Shown here one piece after another: positions 7,757 through 17,460 of a stretch of 64,000 nt of DNA; positions within the stretch are counted from its first letter, which is position 1, and the number at the start of each line of letters is the position of its first letter. Under the pieces are notes generated by a model, which had not been told where the DNA came from, did not search any database, and saw only the letters and a list, made by a program, of their open reading frames with translations. This DNA is from an uncultured Clostridia bacterium. Its GTDB lineage: Bacteria > Bacillota > Clostridia > Oscillospirales > UMGS1783. The stretch covers positions 9,168 to 73,167 of the forward strand of contig CALKPL010000037.1 of the NCBI GenBank assembly GCA_937991645.1. The letters run 5' to 3'. The translations under genes and the position numbers were made by a program.

Positions 7757-10744
7757 TTACGCCCTGTTCCGCTTTCGCAGCAGCAGCGCCGCCGCGCCGG
7801 CCGCGCTGAGCGCGGCCGCGGCAAGCGTGGCCGTAAGCGGCGCGTCGCCCGTCGGCGGGTTCGGGCTCAGCTCAAAGACGAGGGCATTGTTCAGATGCGC
7901 CCAGTTCCCTGGCCCGCCGCAGGTGGCGGCGCCTGTGGTGAGGTTAAAGCGGTTGGTCGCTTCGCCTCCTGTGTAGTGTGAACCGACGCTCGCGCTCAGC
8001 GCGATCCGGTCGGTCAGAATATTCGTCTGTACCATCGGCAGCTTCACTTCATACGTGTATGTTTTTTGGATCGGATCGTAGCGGATCTCGTAGTTTGCGC
8101 CAGGCAGCTCCCATAAGTCTATGCCCTGCGTAAAGGCGTACGAGGTCTTCTGTCCGTTCACAAATCCGAACATAAATCCGGTGTACTGTTCGTAGGTCTG
8201 CCCCTGGAACACAATGCGCTCCACCGTCGTGTTCTCGTTGTAGTTGGAAACGCTGAAGTTGAAATGCGCGGCCTTGTACAGCATGCTCTTGTCCGTACAG
8301 GTGCCGTCGTATTCGCACTCGTCGATCACCGCGCCGACATAGAGATATTCATGGTCGGAGGTAAGGTAGAGCTTGACGGTCTGGGTCGGGGAAACCGAGG
8401 CGGGGTCAAACTCCCAGTAGTTGCCCCAGGTGTCCTGGCAGTGTCCCGGCGCGGTCACGACGACCGGCTCGCCCCACTCGGCGTCGCTGATGTATCCGTC
8501 CAGGATGACGACGCTCTCCAGCGGCGGCGCGACGTTCCGCACATAGGGGTTCACAACTTTTGAAATGTTGCTGAGCGTCACTTTGATCGCATTGTGCAGG
8601 TGCTGGAAATTGTCCGGCCCGCCGCTGAACGCAAAGCCCGTTGTGAGATTGTATCGGTTCGTGCCCGCGCCGCCGGTGTACTGCTGCCCGGCCGAGACGC
8701 TGATCGCAATGTCCCTGTTCTCGCTGTAGTTTATATTCGTCCGCGAAAAGGGGATTTTGACTTCGTAGGTATAGGTACCCGCCTCTGCGTCGAACGCGAC
8801 GGCATAGTGGTCGGCGGGCAGGGCCCAGGCGTCAAGCCCCTGTGTGGAGCAGGTCGCCGTCTTCGTCCCGTTCACAAGCCCGATCATGAAACTCGTATAC
8901 TGTTCAAAGTTCTGGCCGTTGTATGCAATGCGCTGTACGGTCGTGTTCTCGCTGTACTGGGATACGGAAAAGCCGAAGTGCGCCGCTTTCCACAGCTGCC
9001 CCGGATCGGTGCAGGACGTGTCGAGCGTGCAATTGTCGAGCACGAAGGCAAGGTAGAGGTTTTCCGTGTCGTTCATTATGTACAGCTTTGCGCTTTGCGC
9101 GGGATTGACGGACTCGGGGTCAAATGCCCAGTAGTTTCCCCACGTCTGCTGACAGTGCGCGGGCGATGTCACGATCGTGGGCTCGCCCCATTCCGCAGCG
9201 GTGACCGTGCCGTCCAGAATCACGGCCGGCGGCGCGGCGGAAGCCGCGTAGTCGCCGTTGTCCCGAAGCGCGTCGTTGAGCGTCACCTTGAGCGCATTGT
9301 TCTGGTGGGCAAAGTTTGCCGGGCCGCCGCTGTTTGCATAGCCGGTGGTGATGTTGTAGCGGTTTGTGCCCGCGCCGCCGGTATAATTCTGCCCGGCCGA
9401 AACGCTGAGCGCAATGTCCCGGGATACGGCAAGGTCGATATTTGTCCTGCCGTAGGGGATCTTAACCTCATACGTGTAGGTGCCTGTCTGCGCGTCGAAC
9501 GCGACGGCGTAATAGTCGTCGGGCAGGTCCCAGGCGACGATCCCCTGCGTGTCGTTCCGGGCGGCCTTCGTCCCGTTTACAAACCCCATGATGAAACTGT
9601 TATACTGTTCGTAGGCCTGTCCCTGGTACGTGATGCGCGGCATGGTCGTGTTCGCGTCGTATTTTGACAGGGTGAAACCGAAGTGCGCCGCCTTCCACAG
9701 CTGGCCCGCGTCGGTGCAGGATGTGTCAAGCGTGCACTTGTCGAGCACAAATGCAAGATAGATGTAGTCCGCATCGTTGGTCACGTACAGCTTTGCGCTC
9801 TGTCCGGCGGGCGCGGCCGCTGGATCGAACTCCCAGTAATTGCCCCAGGTCTGCTGGCAGTGCTCGGGCGAGGTCACAATCATGGGCTCGCCCCACTCCG
9901 TATCGGTAACCGTACCGTCCAGCGTGATTTCGGCGGGTACGGGAGACGCCGTATTTCCCACTTTGGTATCCACCAGGCTGATGACAAGCGGGTCGGAGGC
10001 GGCGTGCCTGAAGTTGTTCGGGCCGAGGTAGTTTCCCGCCTGTTGCGCGGCCGGGCAGATCAGATAGCGGTTGCCGCTGGTCGTAGTATAAGCGTCGGCG
10101 AGGTCAACGCTGAGCACGACGGCGCTGTGTTCGTCCGGGTCGATATTGGTCGCCGACCAGGGGACTGCCACCTCATAGACATAGGTGCTTGTCGCGGCGT
10201 GGTAGGCGACGGCGTATTCGGAACTCTGCAGGTTGTAGGTGTCCATGCCCTGCGACTTGGACTCCATCGCCTTTGTCGTACCGCCTAGCAGCCCGATCAT
10301 CCAGTAGCCGTACTGTTCGTAGGTCTGGCCCTGGAAGGTAATGCGCGGCACGGTCGTCGCCGCGTCGTAAGCGGACAGCGTAAAGGCCATATGCGCGTGC
10401 GCCCAAAGGTCGCCGACGGTAGCGGCGCCGCTGTCCGGCCCTGCCGCGCCGATCAGCTCCACGCCGATATAGGCGTAGTTTTCGTCCTTGGTAAAGTAGA
10501 TGTTAAAGTACTGTCCCGCAACAGCGGTTGTGTTCTGCCAGAAATCCCAGCCATAGGTCGCGTTTTTTGCCCAGCAGGTCTCCTTGTCGCCGTAAAACGC
10601 GGGCGCGCCCCACTCGTCCGCCGAGATGGAGCCGTCTACGCCGATCGTCCGGCTGGGGGAGGACTGCAGGCTCTTGGCCGATATGCCCGCCGTCACGGCG
10701 AGGACCACTGCGGCCGCCAGAATCAGGGATAGGATCTTTTTCAT
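7757..10744 (-). CDS. cell-surface protein with four tandem CBM9/DOMON-like repeats and a sortase-type C-terminal anchor
   Basis: Start at ATG 10744 (MKKILSL) with an AAGGAG RBS, then a signal peptide. There are four repeats of about 235 aa, each opening with (I/L)DG..(S/T)..EWGEP. The C-terminus reads NPPTGD, then a hydrophobic stretch, then RKRNRA. Confidence 0.7.
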   Translation of the reverse strand: MKKILSLILAAAVVLAVTAGISAKSLQSSPSRTIGVDGSISADEWGAPAFYGDKETCWAKNATYGWDFWQNTTAVAGQYFNIYFTKDENYAYIGVELIGAAGPDSGAATVGDLWAHAHMAFTLSAYDAATTVPRITFQGQTYEQYGYWMIGLLGGTTKAMESKSQGMDTYNLQSSEYAVAYHAATSTYVYEVAVPWSATNIDPDEHSAVVLSVDLADAYTTTSGNRYLICPAAQQAGNYLGPNNFRHAASDPLVISLVDTKVGNTASPVPAEITLDGTVTDTEWGEPMIVTSPEHCQQTWGNYWEFDPAAAPAGQSAKLYVTNDADYIYLAFVLDKCTLDTSCTDAGQLWKAAHFGFTLSKYDANTTMPRITYQGQAYEQYNSFIMGFVNGTKAARNDTQGIVAWDLPDDYYAVAFDAQTGTYTYEVKIPYGRTNIDLAVSRDIALSVSAGQNYTGGAGTNRYNITTGYANSGGPANFAHQNNALKVTLNDALRDNGDYAASAAPPAVILDGTVTAAEWGEPTIVTSPAHCQQTWGNYWAFDPESVNPAQSAKLYIMNDTENLYLAFVLDNCTLDTSCTDPGQLWKAAHFGFSVSQYSENTTVQRIAYNGQNFEQYTSFMIGLVNGTKTATCSTQGLDAWALPADHYAVAFDAEAGTYTYEVKIPFSRTNINYSENRDIAISVSAGQQYTGGAGTNRYNLTTGFAFSGGPDNFQHLHNAIKVTLSNISKVVNPYVRNVAPPLESVVILDGYISDAEWGEPVVVTAPGHCQDTWGNYWEFDPASVSPTQTVKLYLTSDHEYLYVGAVIDECEYDGTCTDKSMLYKAAHFNFSVSNYNENTTVERIVFQGQTYEQYTGFMFGFVNGQKTSYAFTQGIDLWELPGANYEIRYDPIQKTYTYEVKLPMVQTNILTDRIALSASVGSHYTGGEATNRFNLTTGAATCGGPGNWAHLNNALVFELSPNPPTGDAPLTATLAAAALSAAGAAALLLRKRNRA
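7847..7861 (-). other. candidate sortase recognition motif NPPTG
   Basis: NPPTG is followed by an Ala/Leu-rich helix and a basic tail, which is the layout of a cell-wall sorting signal. Confidence 0.5.
7868..10645 (-). repeat. four tandem intragenic repeats of about 705-717 nt (aa 40, 279, 514 and 752 in ORF numbering)
   Basis: Repeat openings are IGVDGSISADEWG, ITLDGTVTDTEWG, VILDGTVTAAEWG and VILDGYISDAEWG. Repeats 2 and 3 are near-identical over long stretches (CQQTWGNYW, QSAKLY, LYLAFVLD, CTLDTSCTD, GQLWKAAHFGF). Confidence 0.85.
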
Positions 10745-10807
10745 AATAGACTCCTTTTGCATGCTTGCATGTTTCGTAGCATTCCGTCGTCCTTTTTCCG
10801 TTTCATG

Positions 10808-13738
10808 TTACGCCGCCTGTTTTGTGCCCAGATAGGCCGCCATATTCAAAAGCAGCCTGTCCGCGACCGGCGTTCCCGCGCCGCCGGGGATATCGAAGGT
10901 ATTGACCGTAATGTAGCCTTCGCCGTAGTAGTAGGTCCCGCAGGCCACGCCGTAGTACAGGTCCTGTTCGGTGACGCCGCCGTCGTTTCCCATGAAGAAC
11001 ATGAACGCGTGCAGCTCGTCCGGCTTGTTGATGGCGCCGTAGCAGTGCGAGTCGTATACGGCCTCGTAGTATGTCGGGTCGACAAGGCATTCCGTCTGCA
11101 GCCCCGCCGTGACGGGCGTGTCAAAAATGACTGCGTCGGAGTGGTAGAGCCAGTTGCTCAAAACAGAGGCCGTGCCGGGCTGGTCAAAGGGCAGCCCGGT
11201 CTGTCCGGAATCGCCGAACACGCCGTAGCTCGTCCCCACGAGGTGGGAGCCGGTCAGCCGCACGTTTTCGAACAGTTTGTTGAGGACTGCGGCGCTGGTG
11301 TTGTTCTGGCCAAGAAGGATGGTGCAGCCGGCCGGGATATTGTCGGGATCGAGCGCCGCTACCGTCGCGCCCCTTGCTGTGAGCGTAGCGATCTCCGCCG
11401 CGCTCAGCCCGTATTGATAGACGGTGCCGGAGAGCTGGGGCAAACTGCTCCGCTGCGTCACCCAGAACGTCTTGGACCCGCTGGTCGCCTCAGCCCCGTA
11501 GAGCGTTGCGCTGATGGTGTATTCGCCTGTTGTAAAGCTCGTCAGAGCAATGGATTCGCTGAGCACCGGGATGGAGAAGTCGGCGTTCCCGCTCTCATCA
11601 AAAGCAGGATGTACGGTTACGGTCTTCTTGTAGAGCGTACCCGACTCGCCGGTAATGCGGATGACGGCGGTGTAGTCCTTGTCCTCCAGAACGCCGAAAT
11701 TGGAAAGGCGGATATCCACGTCGAGCGCCCCGTCGGAATACACGTTGTACTCGTCGAGGTTCACACACCAGCGCAGGTCGCTCCAGCAGTCCCGGATCGT
11801 GTCGTACATGGCGGTCTTGTGGGTCATTTGCCCCTCCAGTATCCCCTCGCCGCGGTAGCCGATGTCTGCGCCCTGCGTCATGCTGTATCCGCTGATTTTG
11901 GGGTTGCTGCGAATGTAGTCCACCAGCAGCGAACGCTGCCGCGCCTGCAAAATCTGCGACTGTGTGACGATATCCTCCTGCGTGGCGAAAACCGTATTCA
12001 GCCCATATTGGGTGTAGATATAGTCGAGCGCCTCGAGCTGCTGCGCAATGGACTGGTTCATCAGGTTGCCAAGCGAGGAGTTGTTCTCCTGCTGCAGAGT
12101 GCGGTAGTCGCTGATGATATTCGGCTGCGAACCCGCGCCTGCCTCTGAGACAAAGGCGGCGCGCACATCGCCAATGGCGGCGAAAGCGTCCCGCACCGAC
12201 GCGTCATACGGCATATTCGGGTAATAGTGGATGTCGCCCATGCCTGAAAACAGGGTCATATATGTAGTGTTTGTGGGCGTGACGTTTCCTTCGTTGCCCA
12301 TCCACCCGTCCCACGTACGGCTGCCGGGATTGCAGGCGGACGCGGTCTCGCGCTTGTTGTCCCATCTGCCGGAGGAGAGGAGCACAAGCACGTTTTCGTC
12401 AATGTCGCGGATGGTGTTCAGCGATCCGACCGCCGCGCCGTAACGCGCCTGCGTTCCGCTGTTGCCGTAGGTTTCGTTGAGCAGGCCTAAAATGGAAAAG
12501 CTCACATGGTTCCTGTCGCGGTACAGCAGCTGTGAAATCTCGCTTGTCACAAGCTCGCCGGTAATGGAGCAGTCGGTCGGGAACCAGGCCATGGCCGTCT
12601 CCTCATATACCATCAGCCCGATCCGGTCGCAGTAGTCGAGCATTTCAGGAAGCGCCGGCCCGCTGATAAAGCGCACCATGTTAAAGCCCGCGCTTTTGAG
12701 ATAATCCAGCTGATGCAGCTGCCGCTCCGTATCCGCGCCGACGTCCACCGACCCAAGCACATACGGCGCTGTGTGCGCGCTCTTGAGGAACAGCCGTTCG
12801 CCGTTGAGCACAAAGTAGCCCTCGCCGTCCACGCGCAGGTCCTTGAATCCCGTCGTAACGCAGGAGGAATCGATAAACGCCGCTCCCTTTGCCTGCGCAG
12901 TCGCGTTTACGTCGTAGAGAAATGGGTTGTCGGGCGACCAGGCTGTGAATTCGTCAAGCTGCATGGACAGGGTGTGCGTGCTGGTCCCCGGCCAGACCTT
13001 CACCGTTTCCGCGTCGCTGTCGAGCACGCCGCCGCCCCCCGACACGGTGATTTCGGAGGCGATATCCACACGGACGATCTCACCGGTCGGGTTGTTAATG
13101 GTCAGCGCAACGTCGACGTTTCCGGTCTGGTAGTCGGCGTCGACGTATGTGTCGTCGATCGATACGTCGGGCACGGCGCGCAGGTAAACCGGCGTCTGGA
13201 TATGCTGAAACGCGCCCAGCCACAGCGGCAGGTTGGCCTCAGTCGCGCCCCGGTGCGTACTGCTCCCGCGCGGAACATAGAGCCGCAGCGCAAGCAGGTT
13301 CTGCTCGCCGTGGCGGAGCTGATCCGTCACATCGAACTGGAATTTGCCGTAAGAGCCCTCGTGATCGCCGATGTAGGCGCCGTTGAGCCAAACCTTTGTG
13401 TAGTATTGCACGCCCTCAAAATCCAGTACGGCGCGCTGGCCGTCCTGCAGGTCGAGGTCGGCGAAGAACTGGTTGCCGAACCAGACGACGTCAGTATAGG
13501 CCACGTCGGAACTCTCATAGGGCAGCGACACGGTCGTCCCGCCGTCGGGAAAGCCGGCGAACCATCTGTTCTGCTCTCCGATATTGCTGATGTCCGGGTA
13601 CACTTTCCAGTCGTCTTTCAGGCAAACCGCCGCCCTGTCGGCGGATATCGTAGAAGCGCCCGCGCCGCCGGTGAGCAGGAACGACAGCGCCAGCAGCAGG
13701 CAGAGTATAAGCGATATTCTGACAGCATAACGTTTCAT
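10808..13738 (-). CDS. glycoside hydrolase family 2 protein, secreted
   Basis: GH2 sugar-binding signature VLDFEGVQYYTKVWLNGAYIGDHEGSYGKFQFDVT. TIM-barrel motifs YRDRNHVSFSILGLLNETYG (acid/base NE) and FVSEAGAG (putative nucleophile). Signal peptide present. ATG 13738 lies 6 nt after GGAGGA. Confidence 0.85.
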   Translation of the reverse strand: MKRYAVRISLILCLLLALSFLLTGGAGASTISADRAAVCLKDDWKVYPDISNIGEQNRWFAGFPDGGTTVSLPYESSDVAYTDVVWFGNQFFADLDLQDGQRAVLDFEGVQYYTKVWLNGAYIGDHEGSYGKFQFDVTDQLRHGEQNLLALRLYVPRGSSTHRGATEANLPLWLGAFQHIQTPVYLRAVPDVSIDDTYVDADYQTGNVDVALTINNPTGEIVRVDIASEITVSGGGGVLDSDAETVKVWPGTSTHTLSMQLDEFTAWSPDNPFLYDVNATAQAKGAAFIDSSCVTTGFKDLRVDGEGYFVLNGERLFLKSAHTAPYVLGSVDVGADTERQLHQLDYLKSAGFNMVRFISGPALPEMLDYCDRIGLMVYEETAMAWFPTDCSITGELVTSEISQLLYRDRNHVSFSILGLLNETYGNSGTQARYGAAVGSLNTIRDIDENVLVLLSSGRWDNKRETASACNPGSRTWDGWMGNEGNVTPTNTTYMTLFSGMGDIHYYPNMPYDASVRDAFAAIGDVRAAFVSEAGAGSQPNIISDYRTLQQENNSSLGNLMNQSIAQQLEALDYIYTQYGLNTVFATQEDIVTQSQILQARQRSLLVDYIRSNPKISGYSMTQGADIGYRGEGILEGQMTHKTAMYDTIRDCWSDLRWCVNLDEYNVYSDGALDVDIRLSNFGVLEDKDYTAVIRITGESGTLYKKTVTVHPAFDESGNADFSIPVLSESIALTSFTTGEYTISATLYGAEATSGSKTFWVTQRSSLPQLSGTVYQYGLSAAEIATLTARGATVAALDPDNIPAGCTILLGQNNTSAAVLNKLFENVRLTGSHLVGTSYGVFGDSGQTGLPFDQPGTASVLSNWLYHSDAVIFDTPVTAGLQTECLVDPTYYEAVYDSHCYGAINKPDELHAFMFFMGNDGGVTEQDLYYGVACGTYYYGEGYITVNTFDIPGGAGTPVADRLLLNMAAYLGTKQAA

Positions 13739-13740
13739 CT

Positions 13741-16260
13741 TCATTCCTCCAATGTCGCCTGCGAAAGGTGCGAATTGACCAGGTTGAGCAGCAGGCCGTC
13801 GGCTGCCGGGGAACCGGACGCGGCTTCCAGCCGCAGCGTGTTCACCGTGACAAAGCCGCTGCCGCTTTGCGCGGTCCCGCAGAGAACGCCGGTCGTCACG
13901 CCGCCGTCGTCCGCCGCGGCCACTGAGCTGACCGCGGGCTCAAACGAAAGCGTGGAGACGAACGTTTCACCGCCGGCCAGATCGCGGCCCATGCTCCCGT
14001 CGTGGAAACAGCCCGTGCGGGCAAGTCCTCCGGTCAGTCCGTTTTTATGTATGAGCGCAGCGTAATAACTCTGCATTTCTCCCTGTACCGGAAGGCTGTC
14101 AAAGCCCGCCGCGTCGAGAAGAATCAGGTGCGCCCCGGCTTGGGCGCGCTGGTACGCCGCCGTCAGCAGCGCGCTGTCGCTGCAGCCGCTGCCGAGCAGA
14201 ATCACCGCGCCCGCTGGCACGTCGCCGCCGATATATGCGGAAACCTGCGCGCCCTGCGTCTGCAGTAGGGACTGGACGGACTCGGCAACGCCGGCGCAGT
14301 AAACGGCGGCGCCGGTCTGCGGCAGCGCGCCGCGGCTGGCGACAAACAGCGCTTTCTCGCCGCAGGTCGGATGCCCGCCGTCGATCAGTTCCGCGGTAAT
14401 CCTGTACCGCCCGGCAGGGAAGTTGGCAAGGGATATGCTTGTTTGCAGGACGGGGATTTGCATGTCATAGCCGTCCGCATCCGCCGCAATGGCGAAGGAT
14501 ACGTCGTTGCTGTACTTCACACCGCCCTCGCCGCTGATTTTGATGCGCGCGGTATATGTTCCCTCCGTCAGAACGCCGATATTCGACAGGGAGACGTTCA
14601 GCGAGAGCGTATCGGTGTCATACGCCTCGGTCCTGTCTGTCAGGATACACCAGCGCAGGTCGTTGAACGCGTCGTGCGCCGCGTCCGTAAGCGCCGTTTT
14701 GTACGCGCTGAAATCCGCCGTCAGGCATATGCCGTTTATACGTTCGTTCGCCCGCGCGTAATCGAGCAGCAGCGCGTCCTCATTGACGTGAACCGCGCTG
14801 ATCCTGTCGGCGATCTGCGCGTCGGATAGCAGCGCGTCGATTCCGTCGTCCTCATACCATTCGTCGATCGCCTGCGCGTCAAAAACGGGATCCGTCATTC
14901 CGGACACGCCGCAGGAGTAGACGAAACGGGCCGTGTTATCGCCTGCGGTAAGAGCCGTGATCTCATCCAGGCCGGATACGGAAACCGCGGTGAACGCAGA
15001 ATGGAACGCCGCCGTACCTGGATTGGACGCGCCGCCGGCTGAAAGAACAAGCGTGTCCGGATCCTGCTGCCGAAAGGCCGCCAGCAGGCTGGCCGCACGC
15101 CCGGCCGTGTCCGTGAAATCGGGGAACAGCGCCGTCATGGCAAGGCTGGCGTGGCCTCTGTCGCGCCGGGCCAGCGCGGCATATTGCTCCGTTGTTGCGG
15201 CCTGGTCCGCATATCCGGTCTCGCACACGAGCAGGCCGAGCTTATCGCAGTAGTCCAGCATGGCGGCGGACGCCGGTCCGTCGGCGGTGCGGACGGCGTT
15301 GAAACCGCAGGTTTTGATATAGTTCAGTATTTCAAACAGCTTGTCCCCATAGCTCTGCTGGACCGTGATGTTGGCGCACTTGAGCAGAATACGCCGCCCG
15401 TTGAGCGTAAAGTACCCGCCGCCGTCGATCGCAACGCGCTGAAAGCCCGTGTAGAAATCCGCCGTATCCGCGCGGTCCGCGTCCTGAGCTTTTGCGCGCA
15501 CATTGACTTTATATAAATAGGGGTTGGCGTTCGACCATGCGATAAAGTCCGGGATCGACACCTCAATTTCATGGGTCGATACGCCCGGCGCCGCCGTCAC
15601 GTCCAGCACCTGCCGGGTCATGACGCTGTCGGTGTCGTGGGCCGATACGACGGCGTTTAACGAGACCGTCTTGGTCTCGGCCGCGCCGTTGTCGAGCGTG
15701 ACGGATATGGTCATGTCGCCGGTAGCGTAATCGGCGTGCGCATATGCATCCGTTACCATGACCTGCGGATGGACCGTGACGTTTACGCCGGTTCCAATGG
15801 CGGCGGTCGCGTCCGTATCCGCTTCGGCGCGTACGACGAGCTGGTTTGCGCCGCGGGCCTCAATCAGCCCGGTTACGTCAAGCGCCAGGCTGCCCGCGCC
15901 TGTCTGTACGCCCGCCTCCTTGCCGTTGAGCCATACCTTCATGTCCGCCGCCGCATCGTTGAACCTGAGTACTACGCGGTCTTTTTTGGAGACGGAGAGG
16001 TCGCTTGTAAAGGCGTTGCTGTACCAGAGCGTGTCCGCTCCGTCTGCGTCCGCAGACAGCGGCGCTGCATCGCTATCCGTTTGAAAACCCTCGTTCCAGC
16101 CGAGACGTTCGCCCTCTCCCGCGGGGTCGGCGCGTACTTGCCAGCCGTCGTCCAGCGAAAGCGATGTCCGGCCCGGCCGTCCGCCGCATCCGGCTGCGGA
16201 AAAACAGAGGACAGATGCGCACAGAATCGACAGTAGAGTGGCCAATGCGTTCCTTTTCAT
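13741..16260 (-). CDS. GH2-like lipoprotein, paralogue of the downstream GH2; catalytic glutamates apparently missing
   Basis: MKRNALATLLSILCASVLCFSAAGC is a lipoprotein-type signal. GH2 N-domain VVLRFNDAAADMKVWLNGKEAG. Collinear with the 978-aa GH2 including the C-terminal domains. ATG 16260 follows an AAGGAGG RBS. Confidence 0.75.
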   Translation of the reverse strand: MKRNALATLLSILCASVLCFSAAGCGGRPGRTSLSLDDGWQVRADPAGEGERLGWNEGFQTDSDAAPLSADADGADTLWYSNAFTSDLSVSKKDRVVLRFNDAAADMKVWLNGKEAGVQTGAGSLALDVTGLIEARGANQLVVRAEADTDATAAIGTGVNVTVHPQVMVTDAYAHADYATGDMTISVTLDNGAAETKTVSLNAVVSAHDTDSVMTRQVLDVTAAPGVSTHEIEVSIPDFIAWSNANPYLYKVNVRAKAQDADRADTADFYTGFQRVAIDGGGYFTLNGRRILLKCANITVQQSYGDKLFEILNYIKTCGFNAVRTADGPASAAMLDYCDKLGLLVCETGYADQAATTEQYAALARRDRGHASLAMTALFPDFTDTAGRAASLLAAFRQQDPDTLVLSAGGASNPGTAAFHSAFTAVSVSGLDEITALTAGDNTARFVYSCGVSGMTDPVFDAQAIDEWYEDDGIDALLSDAQIADRISAVHVNEDALLLDYARANERINGICLTADFSAYKTALTDAAHDAFNDLRWCILTDRTEAYDTDTLSLNVSLSNIGVLTEGTYTARIKISGEGGVKYSNDVSFAIAADADGYDMQIPVLQTSISLANFPAGRYRITAELIDGGHPTCGEKALFVASRGALPQTGAAVYCAGVAESVQSLLQTQGAQVSAYIGGDVPAGAVILLGSGCSDSALLTAAYQRAQAGAHLILLDAAGFDSLPVQGEMQSYYAALIHKNGLTGGLARTGCFHDGSMGRDLAGGETFVSTLSFEPAVSSVAAADDGGVTTGVLCGTAQSGSGFVTVNTLRLEAASGSPAADGLLLNLVNSHLSQATLEE

Positions 16261-16299
16261 CCCAAACCTCCTTAAAAAAATTAACAAAAATACATAACG

Positions 16300-16400
16300 G
16301 TATTTGCATTATAACATTTGATAATTATTATTTATATAATTCAAGCAACCAAATGTATAAATTTTTAGTTGAAAAACATAAATTTTAGGATTATAATATT
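16300..16400. promoter_or_regulatory. AT-rich divergent promoter region (GH2 operon / araC)
   Basis: Plus strand: TTGAAA (16369-16374), 17-nt spacer, TATAAT (16392-16397), upstream of araC. Minus strand: extended -10 TGTTATAAT (16316-16308), upstream of the GH2 operon. Confidence 0.55.
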
Positions 16401-16427
16401 AAAAAACAGAGATTGGAGGGGGTTGGA

Positions 16428-17291
16428 ATGTATATTCCAGAAAAATTTGGAAGCTCCAGGCAGTGCAGGGTTGGGGTTAAGATGGCAGTGACACATGAAA
16501 AAATTTCTCCCATGAGTCCTATGCTGAACGAACCGAAAATGCAGATGGACAGCTGGTCGTCGCTGATCATCCACCTCTCCGGAGACGTCACCTATACGAC
16601 GGCGTACCACTATTACAAAGCGGACGTGCTGGATATTTTCACGGTGGATGCAAACGAAGTTTACTGTATCGACTGGGGACACAGCCAGCCCTATGAGCGC
16701 TATGTCGTCTATTTCGACAACGACATTTTCGATCAGGTGTTCACGGGCGAGGAAGAGAGCCGGAAAGCGATCATGGGGTTTCTCGACCACAAGCGCTATC
16801 CCAACCTGCTGCGCCTGACCGACCCGTTCAAGGACGCTCTCACCACGCTGATCAACGCGGTCGATCCGCTCCTGGGTTCGGGAGAGTCGGACAATATCAT
16901 CTCTGTATTTTCAAACGTTACGAAACTCTTTGAGCTGGTGCACCACATTGTCAACGCTGAAATCCAGCCCAGTGCCAGCGGCAAGGCGAACGATATCACG
17001 GTCAAGGCCATACAGTACATCAACCAGAAGTTTAAGAGCGTATCCTCTTTAACGGAGGTTTCAGAGCAGCTGCATGTGAGTCCGGAGCACCTTTCGCGCA
17101 AGTTCAAGCAGGATATGGGCGTGCCGCTGAAAGCGTACTTAATCGACAAAAAACTGCAGCACAGCCGCCATCTGCTGCGTCTGGGCAGCAACGTGACCGA
17201 AGCCGCTCTCGAGTCCGGTTTCCAGAACGTGTCCTATTTCATTCAGCTCTATAAGAACAAATACGGCGTCACGCCGCATAAATCGAAATAG
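16428..17291 (+). CDS. AraC family transcriptional regulator
   Basis: C-terminal double HTH: LTEVSEQLHVSPEHLSRKFKQDMGVPLKAYLIDKKLQHSRHLL...ESGFQNVSYFIQLYKNKYGVTP. ATG 16428 follows GGAGGGGG. Confidence 0.9.
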   Translation: MYIPEKFGSSRQCRVGVKMAVTHEKISPMSPMLNEPKMQMDSWSSLIIHLSGDVTYTTAYHYYKADVLDIFTVDANEVYCIDWGHSQPYERYVVYFDNDIFDQVFTGEEESRKAIMGFLDHKRYPNLLRLTDPFKDALTTLINAVDPLLGSGESDNIISVFSNVTKLFELVHHIVNAEIQPSASGKANDITVKAIQYINQKFKSVSSLTEVSEQLHVSPEHLSRKFKQDMGVPLKAYLIDKKLQHSRHLLRLGSNVTEAALESGFQNVSYFIQLYKNKYGVTPHKSK

Positions 17292-17334
17292 CGGCCGGAT
17301 CGAACAAATCTGCGCGGCGCCGCCGCCGGATGGG

Positions 17335-17363
17335 TTGATAAATGAACGCCTGTGTGATATAAT
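17335..17363 (+). promoter_or_regulatory. sigma-A promoter upstream of asp23
   Basis: TTGATA (17335-17340), 17-nt spacer, TATAAT (17358-17363). Confidence 0.6.
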
Positions 17364-17460
17364 AACAACGCAGACCAAACGAACGGTTTTGAAGAAGAAG
17401 CGGATGCGGCCGTCGCGCGTTTTATGCGCCGTCCGCGCCATTGAAAGGAGTATATGCACT

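Noticed and set aside
8594-14065. Several long plus-strand ORFs (357, 201, 463 and 450 aa) opposite the surface-protein and GH2 genes
   Set aside because: They are antisense to genes with clear domain signatures. They have no motifs or RBSs, and their composition is typical of GC-rich shadow frames.
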